Positions 60,476 through 64,000 of a stretch of 64,000 nucleotides of DNA are shown here, one piece after another. The notes beneath the pieces are model-generated. The model was given only the letters and a program-made list of their open reading frames with translations, searched no databases and had not been told where the DNA came from. This DNA comes from Candidatus Bathyarchaeia archaeon (lineage in GTDB: Archaea; Thermoproteota; Bathyarchaeia; Bathyarchaeales; Bathycorpusculaceae): the NCBI GenBank assembly GCA_050012255.1, contig JBEKHN010000001.1:256001-320000 (forward strand). The letters are read 5' to 3'. Numbering within the stretch: the first letter of the stretch is position 1; every line of letters starts with the position of its first letter. The position numbers and the translations under genes were made by a program.

Positions 60476-60971
60476 CGTAATGCCTGGCCAGAACTTCGCG
60501 GAACGAGGAAATAAGCGTTATTGACACGTAAATATGTCATTGCTCATTGAGAACGGTTTGTTTTCGTTTTTGGGTGAAAGGTTGATGTCTGAAGCGAAAC
60601 ATTTGGAGCTTTGCACGAAGGTTGGAGTTGAGGTGGTTGGGCGCGACAAATATGAAAGAGAAAACGGAGGCAAAGGATCCAAGACCAAGAAGTCTCGTGT
60701 CTTTCTAAAATTCATTCTGAAGGTGTTGCAAGTTCGCTATGTGCAATTCCGTACCATACTGGCCACCCAATACTATTTTATAAGCAAGGCTAATCATTTT
60801 AGGGGACGAAGGTTTAGGAAGGAGAAGGAAGGAGAAGAGAAATGAGTTTGAGCAAAGTTTTTGAATTGGATCCTGCAAACATGGACGATTGCCCTAGAAG
60901 CGCGCGCTAAATGAGTCGCTGTGAAGGTTAGATTCAGAGTTTGAGAAGCTCAAATGTTGCTGGTGCACTGA

Positions 60972-61664
60972 ATGTATGGAGAAGGCTCTGTCGTAGCTAT
61001 TATTGCCGCTCTCAACGAAGAGGAGGGTATTGGACTTACGATAGCGGAGCTACGGCAACATTTGGGGGACCTGCGTGTTCTGGTTGTTGACGGCAGAAGC
61101 ATCGACCGGACTGTTGAGCTGGCCAAGAACTCGGATGCAACCGTGGTTTTTCAAGAAGATGTGGGAAAAGGTGACGCGATAGCTAGAGGGATTCGAGAAG
61201 TCGATTGTGATGTGGAATATGTGGTTCTTACGGACGCGGATTACACTTATCCCGCAGAATACATCCCAATGATGTTGAAGATCTTGGATGAGAACCGAAA
61301 CGTCGGCATGGTCTGCGGAAACAGGTTCAATTCGCATTTTCATCTACGTGCAATGAACAATAGCTTCTACGCTGGCAACAGAATGCTGGCCTTAGCGCAT
61401 AACCTGTTTAACGGTGTCAGCCTGCGTGATCCACTGACCGGGCTGAGGGTTGTACGCTGGGAGATTTTGAAGGATTGGAAGCCTAAGTCCAAGGGTTTTG
61501 ATGTTGAGGTTGAGTTGAACCATCTCGTCGAGAACAAGGGCTTTACAATCGCCGAGGTGCCGATTCATTATAGGGATCGGCTTGGCGAGAAAAAGTTGAA
61601 GCTTAGGCATGGGTTCAGAATTTTCAATAGAATACTCGCTGAGAGCGTCCGCGAACGAGTCTAA
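60972..61664 (+). CDS. GT2 glycosyltransferase (copy 2)
   Basis: Same motifs as copy 1; the 3' about 200 nt are nearly identical. Confidence 0.9.
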   Translation: MYGEGSVVAIIAALNEEEGIGLTIAELRQHLGDLRVLVVDGRSIDRTVELAKNSDATVVFQEDVGKGDAIARGIREVDCDVEYVVLTDADYTYPAEYIPMMLKILDENRNVGMVCGNRFNSHFHLRAMNNSFYAGNRMLALAHNLFNGVSLRDPLTGLRVVRWEILKDWKPKSKGFDVEVELNHLVENKGFTIAEVPIHYRDRLGEKKLKLRHGFRIFNRILAESVRERV

Positions 61665-61733
61665 GAGACTCGAACTGTAAGATTAGCTCCAGCGCGCGTT
61701 GCCTAACTTCGTCGTTGTAGGAGACTCGATCCA

Positions 61734-62498
61734 ATGCGGTTATTCTTTGTCATCCTTGCAAGAGACTCTGCGGATGTCAAAAGCAAGATCGAAGAAATGG
61801 AAAGATTACACTATCCATATGTCATAGTCTGCGGCGAAAAGGCAGGTTTAGCCAACGTTGTTTACAGACCACCGCGGGGAAAGTATGATGCCATCAACTT
61901 TGGAATGAGTTTCATTCCTCCTGAGACGGATGTTGTTGCTTTCAATGACGTGGACGCTGAAATTCACAATCTTGCGCCAGCCCTTGACTTACTTCGAGAT
62001 TCCAGTGTTTCCATGGTTTTTGCTAGGGTTGACGTCGAGCGAGGACCGCAGCTGTCGTTTTATTCCCTTCTAGATTCTGTGAGGGATAAAATTCCAGTTG
62101 CGGCGAGCGGAGAATTGATGCTGATTAGATACCAAGCGCTGAAGAGTATATTGCCTCTGAAAGGGTGCAAGGCTGAGGACTCTTACATTATGTTCAGAAT
62201 CTTGGAGAAAGGCGGAAGAGCAGTGTTCTGTAAAGAGTGCTACGTGACGACTCGTCGAACCTCTCATCCCGAAGAAGAGGAGCGATACAAACGCAGAACT
62301 GTTGGCGGCATATACCAGGCTCTTTCATTGGCGAGGCCTCCTGCCATTGTGAGGTTTTTTTACACGCTTTTGCCGTTTCTCTCGCCGTGGATGCTTGTTT
62401 GGGGAAAGAAGGGGTACTACTGGACGAAGGGTATACTGCTGGGTTACGTGGATTATATGAGGGGAGACAAGACGGCGTCCTGGCGTCCAACGTATTGA
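61734..62498 (+). CDS. GT2-like glycosyltransferase
   Basis: GKYDAIN, NDVD, ASGEL, AED motifs. Confidence 0.75.
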   Translation: MRLFFVILARDSADVKSKIEEMERLHYPYVIVCGEKAGLANVVYRPPRGKYDAINFGMSFIPPETDVVAFNDVDAEIHNLAPALDLLRDSSVSMVFARVDVERGPQLSFYSLLDSVRDKIPVAASGELMLIRYQALKSILPLKGCKAEDSYIMFRILEKGGRAVFCKECYVTTRRTSHPEEEERYKRRTVGGIYQALSLARPPAIVRFFYTLLPFLSPWMLVWGKKGYYWTKGILLGYVDYMRGDKTASWRPTY

Positions 62499-62564
62499 TA
62501 ACGTCAACGATTCCAGCAGAGATCAGCCCGCGCTACTACACTTAAGCTGGTTGCGTATGTTCAT

Positions 62565-63647
62565 GTGGTGAATGGAGACATAATAGTGATGTACAATCTT
62601 GCTTTCATCGGTTTTGGAAACGTGGGGCAGGGATTAGCTCGCACACTGGTCGACAAGAAAGCCCTCCTTAAGGCTGAACATGGGTTCGAATTCAAAACGG
62701 TCGCCGTGTCAGACATAAGAATGGGGTCGATTCTTGATGAGGATGGGGTTGACCTCGAAAGGCTCCTGCAACTTGCCAAACAAACTGGCATGATCAAGAG
62801 TTACAGAGATGGGCAGAGAGACATATCAGGCATGGAGATCGTGGAGAAAAAGGTCGCCGACATAATCATCGAAGTGACCTGGACAAATCTGGAGACTGGG
62901 GAACCAGGTCTAACTCACATCAGAAAGGCTCTTGCCGCTGGCATGCACGTGGTCACAACGAACAAGGGGCCGATAGCCTTGGCCTATCGGGAACTGGAAC
63001 AGTTGGCGAAGGACCATGATGTTTTCTTGAGGTTTGAAGGAACCGTCTTGACTGGCACGCCTACGATCAATCTTGTTTCTGAAGGCTTGGCCGGGGCTCA
63101 CGTCAAGTCTATCAGAGGAATCCTCAACGGAACGACGAACTATGTGCTGACACAGATGGAGACGGGGATGTCGTATGAGAAGGCACTGGAGAAGGCACAG
63201 AAACTTGGCTACGCAGAAGCTGACCCAACGATGGATGTGGACGCATGGGACCCAGCAGCCAAGATCACGATTCTTTCTAATGTCGCGATGAACGCTGACA
63301 TGAAAGTTGGGGATGTAGAAAGGACCGGGATAAGAGGCGTGACTGTCGAAGAAATCAAGTCAGCGCAAAAACAGGGCAAAAGATTAAAACTCATAGCCAA
63401 AGCATGGCGACAAGGTGACAACGTATGCGCCAAAGTCGCGCCGGAGAGTGTCCCCTCAACCAATGCCCTTGCCAGAGTTGAAGGAGTGCTGAACGCCGTA
63501 ACGTTTGAGACCGACGTGTTGAAGGATGTCACGGTGATTGGACCTGGAGCGGGGGGACCAGAGGCCGGATATGCCCTGCTGAACGACATGCTTGCTATCA
63601 ACAGATACCTCAGTCGAGCGAAATACAGCGGCAAGGATGAGAAGTGA
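62565..63647 (+). CDS. hom: Homoserine dehydrogenase
   Basis: GFGNVG, VVTTNKGP, GILNGTTNY, GYAEADP, GPGAG motifs. Confidence 0.93.
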   Translation: MVNGDIIVMYNLAFIGFGNVGQGLARTLVDKKALLKAEHGFEFKTVAVSDIRMGSILDEDGVDLERLLQLAKQTGMIKSYRDGQRDISGMEIVEKKVADIIIEVTWTNLETGEPGLTHIRKALAAGMHVVTTNKGPIALAYRELEQLAKDHDVFLRFEGTVLTGTPTINLVSEGLAGAHVKSIRGILNGTTNYVLTQMETGMSYEKALEKAQKLGYAEADPTMDVDAWDPAAKITILSNVAMNADMKVGDVERTGIRGVTVEEIKSAQKQGKRLKLIAKAWRQGDNVCAKVAPESVPSTNALARVEGVLNAVTFETDVLKDVTVIGPGAGGPEAGYALLNDMLAINRYLSRAKYSGKDEK

Positions 63648-63696
63648 AATAGACAAGGAAAATTCCGGGAAGACACTACTGTTGAAAGAGACTGGC

Positions 63697-64000
63697 ATGC
63701 AGAAGGATTTCCTGGTGACGCACGCTCAAGATTCAGATAACATAGCTGACGTCGTGCAGAACGGTCTCTGCACCGGCTGTGGCACCTGTGTAGGGGTTTG
63801 CCCGGAAGCCGCTGTCACGATGCACGTTTCAGGCGCCTTGTTGCTGCCCAAAGTCAGAGAGGACGCGTGCACGCATTGCCGTCTTTGCCTTCAGTGTTGT
63901 GCTGGCTATTCTTTAGACTTTGACGAGTTGAACGCCGAGATCTTTGGAAAGAGGCCAGAGGACCGCCTCATAGGTAACTTCTTGGGATGTTATGTTGGGC
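63697..64000 (+). CDS. F420 hydrogenase/dehydrogenase beta-subunit-like 4Fe-4S protein, 5' part
   Basis: Hand translation ..VVQNGLCTGCGTCVGVCP...CTHCRLCLQCC..IG.F...YVG, running off the window. Confidence 0.75.
   Translation, partial: MQKDFLVTHAQDSDNIADVVQNGLCTGCGTCVGVCPEAAVTMHVSGALLLPKVREDACTHCRLCLQCCAGYSLDFDELNAEIFGKRPEDRLIGNFLGCYVG

Noticed and set aside
37787-61706. Classical integron attC sites (GCTAAC/GCCTAAC beside some (GC)n motifs)
   Set aside because: No matching GTTRRRY-ended hairpins were found, and I could not identify an IntI-type integrase
1-64000. CRISPR array
   Set aside because: No regularly spaced direct repeats with unique spacers and no cas genes were seen

Overview
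Archaeal chromosomal segment. TBP, Alba, proteasome beta, KEOPS, a TFE-beta/Rpc34 homologue, aIF-1A, CofE and dockerin/PQQ surface-protein remnants point to a TACK archaeon, probably Bathyarchaeia-like (inference). 1-9.1 kb and 16.4-25.1 kb are housekeeping genes. 9763-16332 is an intact 6.57-kb IS6-family cargo transposon (24-bp inverted repeats, 8-bp target duplication CTTTATCA). It carries a type IIG-like restriction-modification fusion, an AbrB-like gene and an unknown nuclease-like gene pair, and abuts the end of an older related IS. 25.5-62 kb is a mosaic accessory region. It holds non-autonomous GCGCGC-ended TIR elements, a cluster of information-processing genes (2 RPA/SSB, aIF-1A, eL33, TBP, Alba, 2 CxxC-x17-CxxC proteins) bracketed by inverted copies of one such element, four tyrosine recombinases, many gene fragments and a surface-glycosylation locus. 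The most striking pattern is a (GC)n octamer, often next to TAA/TAG, that recurs at module boundaries and at gene truncation points, suggesting an undescribed GCGCGC-based recombination or cassette-shuffling system. I recognised no tRNA, rRNA or CRISPR array. All family calls are from motifs read by eye; no searches were run.
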